This document shows, one piece after another, positions 51,956-62,918 of a DNA stretch of 64,000 nt. Below the pieces are notes generated by a model. It did no database searches, was not told where the DNA came from, and worked only from the letters and a program-made list of their open reading frames with translations. Source of the stretch: Sandaracinaceae bacterium. Lineage in GTDB: Bacteria > Myxococcota_A > Polyangia > Polyangiales > Houyiibacteriaceae. The translations under genes and the position numbers were made by a program. Position 1 is the first letter of the stretch; every line of letters begins with the position of its first letter. The stretch is from the NCBI GenBank assembly GCA_020633075.1, contig JACKEI010000003.1, positions 67,299 through 131,298 of the forward strand. Reading direction: 5' to 3'.

Positions 51956-52594
51956 GTGACTTCACGCTTGGCTTGGCTCCCTGCGCAGTGGCTCGCTGTG
52001 GCGGGTCTCTCGTTTCTCGCTGCGGGGTGCATGGACCCCATCCCCATCGTCATCGACCAGGGGGGCATGGACCAAGGGCGCCTCGACGGGGGCGTGGACG
52101 CGCAGGTGACGGACCTCGGCCCGGTGGACGGCGACGTGGGCGTGGACGACCAGGGGCGTGACGCGGCCCCGCCGCCCGACCTTGGCCCTGGCATCCTCCT
52201 CGAGGTGGGCTACGGCCCCACGGGGAGCTTCATGGTGGCGCCCGGGGCGGGCGTGGCCACCGCGGTGATGGGCGTGCAGGGGGGCTATCACCTGGACATG
52301 GGCTTCCGGGTGCGGGGACTGACCGCGGCGGACTTCAACAGCGGGGACTGGATCATCAGCTACGCCTTCCGCGGCGCCGGAGGGCAGGCGCTGAGCGAGC
52401 CGATCATGCGCGTGCTCAGCTTGGTGGGCGTCAGCTTCGATGGGACCGGCCAGGTGCGTAGCGGAGACCGCGTCTTCTTCCTCAGCAACGACCCGAGCGC
52501 CTTCGACAACACCACGATCACGCTCGAGGTCACGCTCACGCGCGGCGCGCAGGTGATCACGGACACCGGCACGGTCACGCTGGACGTGCCCTGA
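51956..52594 (+). CDS. Lipoprotein, unknown function
   Basis: GTG 51956 gives (M)TSRLAWLPAQWLAVAGLSFLAAGC (lipobox). This is the only non-antisense part of the 473-aa ORF 51173..52594. Confidence 0.45.
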   Translation: MTSRLAWLPAQWLAVAGLSFLAAGCMDPIPIVIDQGGMDQGRLDGGVDAQVTDLGPVDGDVGVDDQGRDAAPPPDLGPGILLEVGYGPTGSFMVAPGAGVATAVMGVQGGYHLDMGFRVRGLTAADFNSGDWIISYAFRGAGGQALSEPIMRVLSLVGVSFDGTGQVRSGDRVFFLSNDPSAFDNTTITLEVTLTRGAQVITDTGTVTLDVP

Positions 52595-52625
52595 CGCCAG
52601 GCGTCCGTCGCCGTAGCCGTCTCCG

Positions 52626-53540
52626 TCAGAGCTGGGTGGGCGCCGTGATGCTCTGGCGTGGTACGCGCGTCACGTCGAAGCGCGCCAACAGCTCTGCGAG
52701 CGTGGTCGGCGCGTCCTGGTCGAGCTGACCCAGGGAGTGGCCCAGCCAGCCCAGCAGGCGCTCGGGTGAGACGCCACCGTCGGCATAGTCGGCGATGCCC
52801 ACGCTCCCCAGGCGCTTGCTCAGGCGGCCCCCTTCGCTGGCCAGCACCAGCCCAAGGTGCGCGAAGCCGGGCGCCGTGTGGCGGAGCGCGGCGTAGAGCG
52901 CCAGCTGCCGCGGCGTGCTGCTGAGCAGGTCGTCGCCACGCACCACCTCGGTGATGCCCATGGCCGCGTCGTCCACCACCACGGCCAGCTGATAGGCGAA
53001 GAGCCCGTCGCTGCGCTTCAGCACGAAGTCCCCGCCCAGTCCCTGCGTCACGGGCCCCTGCACCAGGTCCGTGAAGCGCTCGAAGCGTGCGTCGTGCTCG
53101 CTCAGCGCAAAGCGCGTGGCGGCCCTCCGACCCGGCTGCAGCGCCGCGGGGTGGGCGCGGCAGGTGCCCGGATAGACCAGCTCCCCGTCGGCCTCGCCCG
53201 CGTGCGGCGCGCTGCTCAGGGCGGCCTCGATCTCCTTCCGCGTGCAGGTGCAGGGGTAGGTCCGCCCGGCGCGCTCGAGCTCCGCGAGCGCAGCCTCGTA
53301 GGCGTCCGTGCGGTCGCTCTGGTACACGGGCCCCTCGTCCCAGTCGAGCCCGAGCCAGGCGTGGTCCCGCAAGATCGCGTCCGCCGAGCCCGGCCTCACG
53401 CGCGGTGGGTCCAGGTCTTCCATGCGCATGACGATGCGGCCGCCGAGCGATCGCGCGCGCAGCCACGCGAGCAGCGCCGTGCGGGCGTGCCCGAGGTGCA
53501 TGGCCCCTGTCGGCGAAGGTGCGTAGCGCGTCTTGTACAT
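52626..53540 (-). CDS. gluQ: Glutamyl-Q tRNA(Asp) synthetase
   Basis: The N-terminus is YKTRYAPSPTGAMHLGHARTAL (HIGH motif), then RMEDLD and YPCTCTRKE (Zn site), with a truncated GluRS-like length (about 304 aa). ATG 53540 is preferred. Upstream starts would overlap the divergent gene. Confidence 0.85.
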   Translation of the reverse strand: MYKTRYAPSPTGAMHLGHARTALLAWLRARSLGGRIVMRMEDLDPPRVRPGSADAILRDHAWLGLDWDEGPVYQSDRTDAYEAALAELERAGRTYPCTCTRKEIEAALSSAPHAGEADGELVYPGTCRAHPAALQPGRRAATRFALSEHDARFERFTDLVQGPVTQGLGGDFVLKRSDGLFAYQLAVVVDDAAMGITEVVRGDDLLSSTPRQLALYAALRHTAPGFAHLGLVLASEGGRLSKRLGSVGIADYADGGVSPERLLGWLGHSLGQLDQDAPTTLAELLARFDVTRVPRQSITAPTQL

Positions 53541-53613
53541 CGCGTGCTCGTCGGCGGCTCCCGGGCGGGGGGCGCTTCCGCTTGCGTTCTCCCACGCGAG
53601 CGCGGCATGGTCC

Positions 53614-54372
53614 ATGGCGATGCGTGGCAATCAAGACTCGGTGTGCGGCTGCTTCCCCACGGGGCGGCACTACCCTGGCATCGCGGACCTGATCGCGCGT
53701 GCCATCGAGAACATCGAGGGCCTCTGCGACCAGTGGGACGCGAGCACCTCGTGGTCGGAGATCCCCCTCGCCGTCATCGACTTCGAGACCACGGGCACCA
53801 ACGCCGAGACCGACCGCATCATCGAGGTGGGCGTGGTCTGCTTTCATCGGGGCGAGATCACGCGGCGCGAGGCGCTGCTCATCAACCCGGGCATGCCCAT
53901 CCCGGCCGAGGCCACCGCGGTGCACCAGATCACCGACCAAGAGGTGGAGGGCGCGCCCAGCTTCGCCGAGGCCCTGCCGGCCATCTGCGCCATGCTCGCC
54001 GGGCACCTGCCGGTTGCGTACAACGCCTCCTTCGACCGGGGCTTCCTGTTGGCGGAGACGGAGCGCAACCGCGCCGCGCTGAGCGGTGAGCTGCCCCCCG
54101 CGCTGCGCCCCGACGTAGCCTGGCTGGACCCGCTCATCTGGGCGCGCGAGATCTTGAAGGACCAGAAGAGCCGGCGCCTGGGCGACGTGGCGGCCCACTT
54201 CGGCATCCCCCTCGAGCAGGCGCACCGCGCGGCCGGCGACGCCGAGGCCACGGGCTGGGTCCTCTTGGCCCTGGCCGACCACATGCCGCGCGTGTACGGC
54301 GAGCTGATCCGTCTGCAGACCCGCTACGGCGCGTTCCAGGACGCCGACCGCATGAGCTGGCAGCGCCGCTGA
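53614..54372 (+). CDS. DEDDh 3'-5' exonuclease (DnaQ/PolIII epsilon-like)
   Basis: ExoI is VIDFETTG, ExoII is VAYNASFDRGFL and ExoIII is HRAAGDAEATG. ATG 53614 is preferred. Confidence 0.8.
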   Translation: MAMRGNQDSVCGCFPTGRHYPGIADLIARAIENIEGLCDQWDASTSWSEIPLAVIDFETTGTNAETDRIIEVGVVCFHRGEITRREALLINPGMPIPAEATAVHQITDQEVEGAPSFAEALPAICAMLAGHLPVAYNASFDRGFLLAETERNRAALSGELPPALRPDVAWLDPLIWAREILKDQKSRRLGDVAAHFGIPLEQAHRAAGDAEATGWVLLALADHMPRVYGELIRLQTRYGAFQDADRMSWQRR

Positions 54373-54511
54373 GCCGGGGCAAAGGGCGACGCTCGCGCGG
54401 CCGCCACGCAATCTTCGGTTGTCCCACGGGCATTTCCTGCGCATAAACAGCGGGCCTGGTTTCTCGCGCGAAGGGCTCGCGCACCTGCCCACCAGGCGCG
54501 GAGTACGTGAG

Positions 54512-55699
<1,188 letters not shown>

Positions 55700-55702
55700 G
55701 GC

Positions 55703-56848
55703 GTGCACGGCATCGACGTCACGCACATCGAGACCCCCGCCTTCGTGATCGACCTGGGCGCGCTGGAGGACAACCTGCGCATCCTGGGTGAGGTGCAGCG
55801 CGACGCGGGCTGCAAGATCCTGCTGGCGCTGAAGGGCTACGCCACGTTCAGCACCTTCGGCTTGGTGAAGAAGTACCTGGCCGGCGCCACGTCCAGCTCC
55901 CCGCACGAGGCGCAGCTGGCGCGCGAGGAGCTGGGGGGCGAGGTGCACGCCTACGCGCCCGCCTACAGCAACGCGGACATGACCGAGATCCTGCGCTTCG
56001 CGGAGCACGTGGTGGTCAACAGCCCCGCGCAGCTGCGGCAGCACGCGGACCGCGTGCGCGAGGCGGGCGTGGACATCGGGCTGCGCATCAACCCGGAGCA
56101 CAGCGAGGTGAAGGTCGCGCTCTACGACCCCTGCGCGCCGGGCTCTCGTCTCGGCACCACGCGGGCGGCCTTCGACGCCGCCGGGGTCAAGGCCGAGGAG
56201 CTGGACGGGCTGCACTTCCACACCCTGTGCGAGCTGGGCAGCGACGCCCTACAGCGCACGCTGCGGGCCGTGGAGGAGCGCTTTGGCGACGTCATCCCGC
56301 ACATGAAGTGGGTCAACTTCGGTGGCGGGCACCACATCACGCGTCCGGACTACGACCGCGCGCTCCTGGTGAAGCTGGTCAAGGACTTCCAGCAGCGCCA
56401 CGGTGTGGCCGTGTACCTCGAGCCGGGCGAGGCCATCGGCATCCGCACGGGCATCCTGGTGTCGCGCGTGCTGGACATCGTGGAGAACGGGGACATCCAC
56501 ATCGCCATCCTGGACACGTCGGCCACGGCGCACATGCCGGACGTGCTGGAGATGCCCTACCGCCCCGACGTGGTGGGCGGCGCGCTGCCGGGTGAGAAGG
56601 CGCACACGTATCGCCTGGGTGGGCTGACCTGCCTGGCGGGCGACGTGGTGGGTGACTACAGCTTCGACGCGCCGCTGGCGATCGGTGACAAGGTCACCTT
56701 CTTGGACATGGCGCACTACACCATGGTCAAGACCAGCACGTTCAATGGCGTGCGGCTGCCGGACATCGCGCTGTGGGACCCCGCCACCAAGACGCACGAG
56801 GTGGTGCGCCGCTTTGGCTACCAGGACTACAAGGGGCGCCTGGGCTGA
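55703..56848 (+). CDS. nspC: Carboxynorspermidine/carboxyspermidine decarboxylase
   Basis: 381 aa with a GTG start. It shows a PLP-dependent fold III pattern: TPAFVIDL..L..N, LLALKGYA, GGGHH and CLAGDV. Confidence 0.85.
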   Translation: MHGIDVTHIETPAFVIDLGALEDNLRILGEVQRDAGCKILLALKGYATFSTFGLVKKYLAGATSSSPHEAQLAREELGGEVHAYAPAYSNADMTEILRFAEHVVVNSPAQLRQHADRVREAGVDIGLRINPEHSEVKVALYDPCAPGSRLGTTRAAFDAAGVKAEELDGLHFHTLCELGSDALQRTLRAVEERFGDVIPHMKWVNFGGGHHITRPDYDRALLVKLVKDFQQRHGVAVYLEPGEAIGIRTGILVSRVLDIVENGDIHIAILDTSATAHMPDVLEMPYRPDVVGGALPGEKAHTYRLGGLTCLAGDVVGDYSFDAPLAIGDKVTFLDMAHYTMVKTSTFNGVRLPDIALWDPATKTHEVVRRFGYQDYKGRLG

Positions 56849-56878
56849 GCCTGCCCGCGCCGGAGAACGGAAGAGCAG

Positions 56879-57391
56879 ATGAGCAACCTCGACAGCTTCG
56901 CCACCTACGCGCTCGAGACCGGCGCGCGCATGACCAACTCCCCGCTCCAGTTCAAGGCGCAGACGCGCGTGGACGCGAGCCGCGACGAGCTCTGGGCCAT
57001 GGTCACGGACTTCGACCGCATCGGGGACTTCATCCCCATGGTGAAGCGCTCGTACTCGGACGACAGCAACGCGGTGGCGCCAGGGCAGGTGGGGGCCGTG
57101 CGGGTGATCCACGCGCATGGCGCCCCCAAGCCCACGCTGGAGACGGTCAAGGCCTTCGAGGCCCCGCGCCTGCTGGCCTACTCCGCGGCGGACGAGAACC
57201 TCTTCGGCATGTTCACGGAGCACCTGAGCGTCATCACCTGCGACCCGTATCCGGGCGGCGGCGCCGTGTTCACGTGGTTGGCCTACGGCGTACCGGCCAA
57301 GAACCCCGTGCTGCGGCTGGCCGGCAAGGGCATGTTCAGCGGCGTGCTCACGGCGGGCACCCGCAACATCGCGAAGCGCCTCGCGCGCTGA
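56879..57391 (+). CDS. SRPBCC (START/polyketide cyclase-like) family protein
   Basis: 170 aa. It has SRDELWAMVTDFDRIGDFIPMV, typical of SRPBCC ligand-binding proteins. Confidence 0.65.
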   Translation: MSNLDSFATYALETGARMTNSPLQFKAQTRVDASRDELWAMVTDFDRIGDFIPMVKRSYSDDSNAVAPGQVGAVRVIHAHGAPKPTLETVKAFEAPRLLAYSAADENLFGMFTEHLSVITCDPYPGGGAVFTWLAYGVPAKNPVLRLAGKGMFSGVLTAGTRNIAKRLAR

Positions 57392-57407
57392 GCGCCGCGA
57401 GACCTCC

Positions 57408-58841
57408 GTGCGACACGACTTGGCGGCGCTGCCCGTTCTCGACCTGGCGGCCGCGATCGCCAGCGGGGACCTGCGCGCCGTCGAAGCGTTGGAGGCGTTC
57501 GAGGCGCGCGCTCGCAGCGCGAACGAGGCCACGCGCTCCGTCGTGCACTGGCAGGGGCAGGCTGCGCGTGAGGCCGCGGCCGCGATGGACGCGGCGCCCA
57601 CCAGCGCCGCCCTGCCGCTGCGAGGCGTGCCCTTCACCGTGAAGGAGGCGCTGCCCCTGACGGGTGCGCCGCACACGTCAGGCTCGGTGTACCGCCGCCA
57701 CGTCGTCGCCGGCGCGGACATGAGCGCGGTGGCGAACCTGCGGCGTGCGGGCGCCGTGCCGTTCGCTTCGACCAACATGTCCGAGATGGGGGCTCAGTGG
57801 GAGTCGGTCAACACGGTCTACGGGCGCAGCCACAACCCTCATGACCTCTCCCGTACACCTGGTGGAAGCAGCGGCGGCTGCGGAGCGCTGGTCGCGGTTG
57901 GCGGCACGGGGTTCAGCGTCGGGGCCGACACAGGCGGCTCCATCCGTATCCCAGCGGCGTTTTGCGGTGTGTTCGGCCACAAGGGCACCCGACTGGCGGT
58001 CGACATCGACGGTCACGTGCCCCCGCTGCATGGCAACTTGGCCGGGTACTGCTCCATTGGGCCGCTCACGCGGCGCGCCGCGGATCTCTGGCCTCTGTTC
58101 CAGATCATGGCGGGCGTGCTTCCTCACGAGCTCGCGCCGCGAGACGCCGCCGCCGCGGTCGAGGGGTGTCGCGTCCTGCTCGTCGAAGGGCTGGCGCGGC
58201 CAGCGAGTCGCGCCTCGAGAGAGTGCGTCGCGGCCGTCGCACGCGCTGGCGATGCGTTGTCGGCTGCTGGCGGCGAGACGCGCTGGGTCCCGCCACGGCG
58301 TCTGGGCAACGCGTTCATGATGTGGACCAGTCTGGCCAAGGCGGACGGAAGCGCAGACTTCGCCAACGAGGTCACCGACGGCGACCCGGCGCGCCTCTCA
58401 CTGCGCCGTCAGCTCCTCGCGAGCGCGCGCGGGAGGGGCGACCACACGTCGTGGTCGATGGTCACGCTGCTCTCCGAGCGCTACCTGGAGCCTCTCCTGC
58501 GTCCGGCGTATCCGCGCTACGTGCGGGCTGTCGACGCCGTCCGCGGCTGGTTGCTCGAGGCGCTCGGCGAGCGCGGGGTGCTCGTCATGCCGGTGCACCC
58601 GCGCGTGGCATTCCGGCACGGCGGCACGCACCGTCGACCGCTCGACTTTGCCTACGCCGGCCTCTTCAACGCGCTTGGATTCCCCGCGACGGCCGTCCCC
58701 GCCGGGCGCGACCGCGCTGGGCTCCCCCTGTCCGTGCAGGTGGTCGGCGCACCAGGCGCCGACGCGCTCACCACCGCCGTGGCCGAGGTGCTCGAGCCCG
58801 CGCTCGGCGGGTGGGTGCGCCCGCGCCGGTTCACCCACTGA
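57408..58841 (+). CDS. Amidase (amidase-signature family)
   Basis: 477 aa. It has PFTVKE (catalytic Lys region) and the GGSSGG signature followed by DTGGSIRIPA. Confidence 0.85.
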   Translation: MRHDLAALPVLDLAAAIASGDLRAVEALEAFEARARSANEATRSVVHWQGQAAREAAAAMDAAPTSAALPLRGVPFTVKEALPLTGAPHTSGSVYRRHVVAGADMSAVANLRRAGAVPFASTNMSEMGAQWESVNTVYGRSHNPHDLSRTPGGSSGGCGALVAVGGTGFSVGADTGGSIRIPAAFCGVFGHKGTRLAVDIDGHVPPLHGNLAGYCSIGPLTRRAADLWPLFQIMAGVLPHELAPRDAAAAVEGCRVLLVEGLARPASRASRECVAAVARAGDALSAAGGETRWVPPRRLGNAFMMWTSLAKADGSADFANEVTDGDPARLSLRRQLLASARGRGDHTSWSMVTLLSERYLEPLLRPAYPRYVRAVDAVRGWLLEALGERGVLVMPVHPRVAFRHGGTHRRPLDFAYAGLFNALGFPATAVPAGRDRAGLPLSVQVVGAPGADALTTAVAEVLEPALGGWVRPRRFTH

Positions 58842-58899
58842 CCAGCGCGTGGCGTAGGCGCGACGTTCACGCCGGGGGCCGTGCCGCGCGGCCTGGTTC

Positions 58900-60312
58900 A
58901 TGCTCTCCTCTCGTGGCATGGCCGGAAAACACTTCGAGAGCCTCGACGAGGAGGCGCGTGCGCTTCACGACTCGTGGGACTCGATCGTTCGCATCGTGCT
59001 CTTGGTCGCGATGCTCACGGTGCTCGTGTGGGGCGCCTGCTCCCTCCTGCGCGCGAGCGTCCACCTCGCGCTGCACGTGATCTTCGACGCGGTCTCGCCG
59101 AAGACGTGGCGTGCTGCGCTGATCCTGTTCGCCGCGCTGCTGGGCTCGGGACTCGTGCGCGGCCTCCTGGTGCAGCGTCCCGCGTGGAGCGCCGCCTTCG
59201 GCGACGGCATGTCGACCGCGCTCGCCAACTACCACGTCACGTACGATCACGCGGGCGACGACCCGCAGCCGCGCTACGAGCGCCCCGCCTTCGCGCTCGC
59301 GGCGCGCAAGTTCTTTGCGACCTTGCTGACCATCGGCAGCGGCGCGTCGGGCGGACTCGAGGCGCCCGTGGTGATGATCGCCGAGGCCATCAGCGCGGGC
59401 TTTGCACGCGTACTGGCCGTGCGCAGCGAGCACGAGCTGCGCACCTATCAGCTCGCCGGTATCGCCGCGGCCGTCTCCACGCTGCTGGGGGCGCCGTTCA
59501 CCGCCGCGCTCTTCGCGACCGAGGTGGCCTACGGTGACCGCATCATCTACCGCAAGCTGGCCTACTGCCTCTGGGCTGGGGTCATCGCGTTCTGGCTCAA
59601 CGGCTGGCTCAGCGGCGGGTATGAGCCGCTGTTCGTGGGGCCTTCCCACTCGGCGGTGTACTCCATCGCCGAGCTGGGCGCGGCCGCGCTCGTCGCGGTC
59701 ACGGTCTCGGTGCCGGTCGCCTTCGGGTTCGGCAAGGCCATGGTGGCCATCGAGCAGTTCTTCGCCGCGCGTGTGCGCTCTGGGTGGCACGCCTTGGTGA
59801 GCGCGCTCGCCACCGGGGTCGTCGCGCTCGCGCTCTCCTACGGTGCCAACCTGAGCCCCACCCACGTCTTGGGCATGGGCGAGCACACGCTGGCGGGCAT
59901 CTTCGCGGGCGACGCGGCGCTCACTACGTGGTGGGTCCTGCTGCTCGTGCTCGTGGGGAAGACCATCACCACTGGGCTCACCATGGCCGGGAGCGGCAGC
60001 GCCGGCCTGCTGGTTCCGTCGATGTATCTGGGCGGTGTCTCGGGCGCCCTGGTCGCGCACCTGGCCAACCTCACTGGCTGGACACAGCTTGACCCCGCTC
60101 TCTTCGCCGTGGTCGGCGTGGGCAGCTCGCTGGTGGCGGTCATCGGCGTCCCGCTGGCGGCCATCGCGCTCGTGCTGGAGGTGTTCGGCAAGTCGTTCGG
60201 TCCCCCCGCCATCCTGGCCTGCGGCGTCACGTACCTGCTCACGCTGAAGTTCAAGATCTACGACGCCCAGCGGAGCTCGCCGAGCCCCAACGCGGACGAA
60301 ACGGGGGGCTGA
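58900..60312 (+). CDS. ClC-family voltage-gated chloride channel/antiporter homolog
   Basis: 470 aa and polytopic. ClC selectivity-filter-like segments are GSGASGGLEAPVVM, GKTITTGLTMAGSGSAGLLVPSMYLG and GVPLAAIALVLEV. Confidence 0.8.
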   Translation: MLSSRGMAGKHFESLDEEARALHDSWDSIVRIVLLVAMLTVLVWGACSLLRASVHLALHVIFDAVSPKTWRAALILFAALLGSGLVRGLLVQRPAWSAAFGDGMSTALANYHVTYDHAGDDPQPRYERPAFALAARKFFATLLTIGSGASGGLEAPVVMIAEAISAGFARVLAVRSEHELRTYQLAGIAAAVSTLLGAPFTAALFATEVAYGDRIIYRKLAYCLWAGVIAFWLNGWLSGGYEPLFVGPSHSAVYSIAELGAAALVAVTVSVPVAFGFGKAMVAIEQFFAARVRSGWHALVSALATGVVALALSYGANLSPTHVLGMGEHTLAGIFAGDAALTTWWVLLLVLVGKTITTGLTMAGSGSAGLLVPSMYLGGVSGALVAHLANLTGWTQLDPALFAVVGVGSSLVAVIGVPLAAIALVLEVFGKSFGPPAILACGVTYLLTLKFKIYDAQRSSPSPNADETGG

Positions 60313-60336
60313 CTCGCCCGCCACTCGGCGCCGACG

Positions 60337-60368
60337 GAGGCTGTGAGGACCAGGGCCGCCACAGCCTC
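60337..60368. terminator. Putative bidirectional stem-loop between convergent genes
   Basis: GAGGCTGTG-N14-CACAGCCTC is a 9-bp perfect stem. It starts 25 nt after the ClC stop and abuts the stop of the - strand gene at 60369. Confidence 0.35.
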
Positions 60369-61763
60369 TCAGGCCACCGCGGGGCGCCCCTGGGGGACAG
60401 GACACGTGCCGTACCCCACGGCGTTGCCATGGACGCCGCCCTCGTTGCGGTTGACGGCATACTTGGTGGGGTCCGTGGTGTACTCGGCGTGACCGTAGCT
60501 GACCAGCAGCTGGTCGATGCGCTTCACCAGCCAGCGGTCCGCCAGCCCCTCCACCACGGGGATGCGCTCGATGGCCATGTGCGCGTAGAGGGTGGGCCAC
60601 ACGTATGCTTGGAAGGCCGCAAAGATGGCGTAGTCGAGCGGGGTGGCGTCGACGCCCATCTGCTTCACCTTCTCCGCCGGCACGCGGAAGGTGTGGCGGA
60701 AGAACACCTTCGAGATGCTGCGCTCGATGGCGTTCAGGACGCGCCCGGGCAGCTCGTGGCTCTCGGGCAGGTAGGCCGCCATGGTGGCCCGCACCAGCTC
60801 GCCGTTGGTGGCGTCGTCGTAGCCGTCACGCAGCGTGGCCGAGTACACCAGCATGGACTCGAAGATGTCCTGCGGCGTCTCGAGCAGCAGGTCCGGCGGC
60901 AGCCCCAGCAAGAAGCACTGGTGACGGCAGTGCTCCACCACGGCGCGCTCACGCCGCGTGAACCCGCGCTTCTCGCTCACGGCGCGGTAGGCCGTGACGA
61001 AGGCGGGCATGGTGCCGGCCGGCATCTGGTCCACTTGCGGGATGGGGATGCCGAACACCTCCACGTCCCAGGTGCCGGAGCGGCGCAGCAGGTTCATGCG
61101 CACCATGGAGTGCATCAGCCGCACCATGGCCGCCGCGTGGAAGCCGGGGCCAAAGCGCTCGAGCGAGCCCGGCAGCGACGCGGTGGTGAAGAAGCTGGCG
61201 GTCTCCTTCACGCGCTGCACGGCCGACTCCTGCGAGAGCGCGCCGGTCATGGCCATGGGCAGGCCCGAGTACTTGTTCATGAACGTAGCGATGAACGCGC
61301 CGCGGATGACGAAGGGCACCAGCAGCGCCATCGTCACCCGTGAGGCGCGCGCCCCCTGCGCGCTCAGCTTCGGGTCGATCCAGTCGGGGCGAGCCTCCAT
61401 GGACGCGATGAAGCGCTCGAGCTCGGGGGGCGCGTCCACCACGGCATCCAGCCCCTTGGTGCAGGCCAGCACCAGCATGTCGATCAGCCGGCGAAAGCCG
61501 TACTTGGGGATGAGCGCCGCGTAGGCGTCCGCCACCACGTCACCCAGCATGGTGTAGGCGAGCATGCGGTCGACCGCGTTGGTGTCGGACAGCACGCGCG
61601 CTCGGTGCTTCGCCGCGAAGCCGCCGGGCAGCATGCTCTTGTCCCGGAGGTCGCGCGTGAAGCGCTCCGGCACGATGTCGAAGTCCACCCCTCCATACAT
61701 GGAGGGGATCAGGGTCTTCTGGGCGCGGACCTTGGCGTTCAGCTCGGCGAGCGGGATGGTCAT
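60369..61763 (-). CDS. DUF2236 / MpaB-like oxygenase family protein
   Basis: ATG 61763 (MTIPLAEL), 464 aa. It is helical, with FHAAAMVRLMHSMVR and ERAVVEHCRHQC segments reminiscent of the family. The remainder of the 819-aa ORF track entry upstream is Arg/His-rich junk. Confidence 0.6.
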   Translation of the reverse strand: MTIPLAELNAKVRAQKTLIPSMYGGVDFDIVPERFTRDLRDKSMLPGGFAAKHRARVLSDTNAVDRMLAYTMLGDVVADAYAALIPKYGFRRLIDMLVLACTKGLDAVVDAPPELERFIASMEARPDWIDPKLSAQGARASRVTMALLVPFVIRGAFIATFMNKYSGLPMAMTGALSQESAVQRVKETASFFTTASLPGSLERFGPGFHAAAMVRLMHSMVRMNLLRRSGTWDVEVFGIPIPQVDQMPAGTMPAFVTAYRAVSEKRGFTRRERAVVEHCRHQCFLLGLPPDLLLETPQDIFESMLVYSATLRDGYDDATNGELVRATMAAYLPESHELPGRVLNAIERSISKVFFRHTFRVPAEKVKQMGVDATPLDYAIFAAFQAYVWPTLYAHMAIERIPVVEGLADRWLVKRIDQLLVSYGHAEYTTDPTKYAVNRNEGGVHGNAVGYGTCPVPQGRPAVA

Positions 61764-61937
61764 CGTGGCCTTGGGAAGGGCGATCGCGCGCCTCTTGCTG
61801 GCTGCGCGTCGAGGTTGATTAGACAGTTGTCTAGTATGGGGGCAGTCGGCTCCCGAGGGCAAGCTCCCTGTGGAAATGAGCGCCCTGCGACGATATGCCA
61901 CAGTGCCCCGCCCCCGGTTCGCCCCTAGCTTTGCGGC

Positions 61938-62918
61938 GTGAACCCCCCGTCTCCGAGAGCACCCGCGTGGCCGGCCCGCCTGGCCCGATCCGCTGGTGGG
62001 GTGCTGCGGCCGCTCCGCCCGGCCCTCCTCTCGGCGCTCCTGCTCCCGGTGGTTGTGTTCTGCCAGGCGGTCCTCCCTGGCCGCGCCGGCGCGTGCGCCA
62101 CCTGCTCGGTGGGGGACCGCACGCTCACCAGCATCGGCACGGCGCAGCCGTTCCAGAACCGTGTGCGGCTCTCCCTCGGCTTGACGCACCGGCAGGACGG
62201 CGTGGGCACACCCGGCGTGGACGGCCTCGAGCTGCGCGAGCTGCGGGTGGAGCTGGCCGCTGCGTACTCGCCGACCAGCTGGCTGACGCTCTCGCTCTCG
62301 GCTCCGATGCTGCGGCGGGACGTGCTCTTCGCCAACCTGGCGCGTGACGTGTCCTGGAACTTCGGGGACATGGAGTTCATCGCGCGCGGGGTGCTCTTTC
62401 GTGACCGGCGCCTCGCACCGCAGCACCTGCTGAGCATGCAGGTGGGGGTCGAGCTGCCCACGGCGCGCGCGCAGCGGGACATGTTCAACCAGGTGCTGCC
62501 TCTCGAGCTGCAGGCTGGCTCGGGGAGCTGGGACCCGTCGGTGGGGCTCACGTACGCGCGCTTCGCGGACCCGTGGTCGGCCTATGTGTCGTCCGTGCTG
62601 AGCGTGCCCACGCGCGGCTTCGACCGCTCTCGCGGAGGGGCCTCGTGGCGCACGCTGGTGAACTTCCAGCTGCAGCCCTCGCGCGCCTTCGGCATTCGCG
62701 CGGGTGCGCTGCTGCGCGTCGACGCCGTCTCCCACGAGGGCGGTCAGCAGGAGTCGGACTCCGGCGGCGCCATTGGGTACGCCACCATGGGGTTCATCGC
62801 GTCTCCGGCGGAGGACCTCACGCTTCAAGCGGGCATCGCCGTGCCCGTGCTCAACGCACTACAGGGTCAGCACCGTGAGGGCTTGGCCGTCAACCTGGGG
62901 GTGTCCCTTGATCTCTAG
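61938..62918 (+). CDS. Outer-membrane beta-barrel protein (transporter-like)
   Basis: 326 aa with a signal-like N-terminus and a CATC motif. Alternating beta-strand patterns (LRVELAAAYSP..WLTLSLSAP, LLSMQVGVELP, VGLTYARF, LTLQAGIAVPV) run to the end ...LAVNLGVSLDL. Confidence 0.5.
   Translation: MNPPSPRAPAWPARLARSAGGVLRPLRPALLSALLLPVVVFCQAVLPGRAGACATCSVGDRTLTSIGTAQPFQNRVRLSLGLTHRQDGVGTPGVDGLELRELRVELAAAYSPTSWLTLSLSAPMLRRDVLFANLARDVSWNFGDMEFIARGVLFRDRRLAPQHLLSMQVGVELPTARAQRDMFNQVLPLELQAGSGSWDPSVGLTYARFADPWSAYVSSVLSVPTRGFDRSRGGASWRTLVNFQLQPSRAFGIRAGALLRVDAVSHEGGQQESDSGGAIGYATMGFIASPAEDLTLQAGIAVPVLNALQGQHREGLAVNLGVSLDL

Noticed and set aside
52626-53630. Longer gluQ ORF starting at 53630/53615
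   Set aside because: It would overlap the 5' end of the divergent exonuclease gene (ATG 53614). The GluQRS homology begins right after the ATG at 53540 (MYKTRYAPSPTG).
58842-58899. Fluoride (crcB-motif) riboswitch upstream of the ClC-family gene
   Set aside because: The 58-nt leader shows none of the conserved fluoride-riboswitch segments that I can recall, and it is too short for the full fold.
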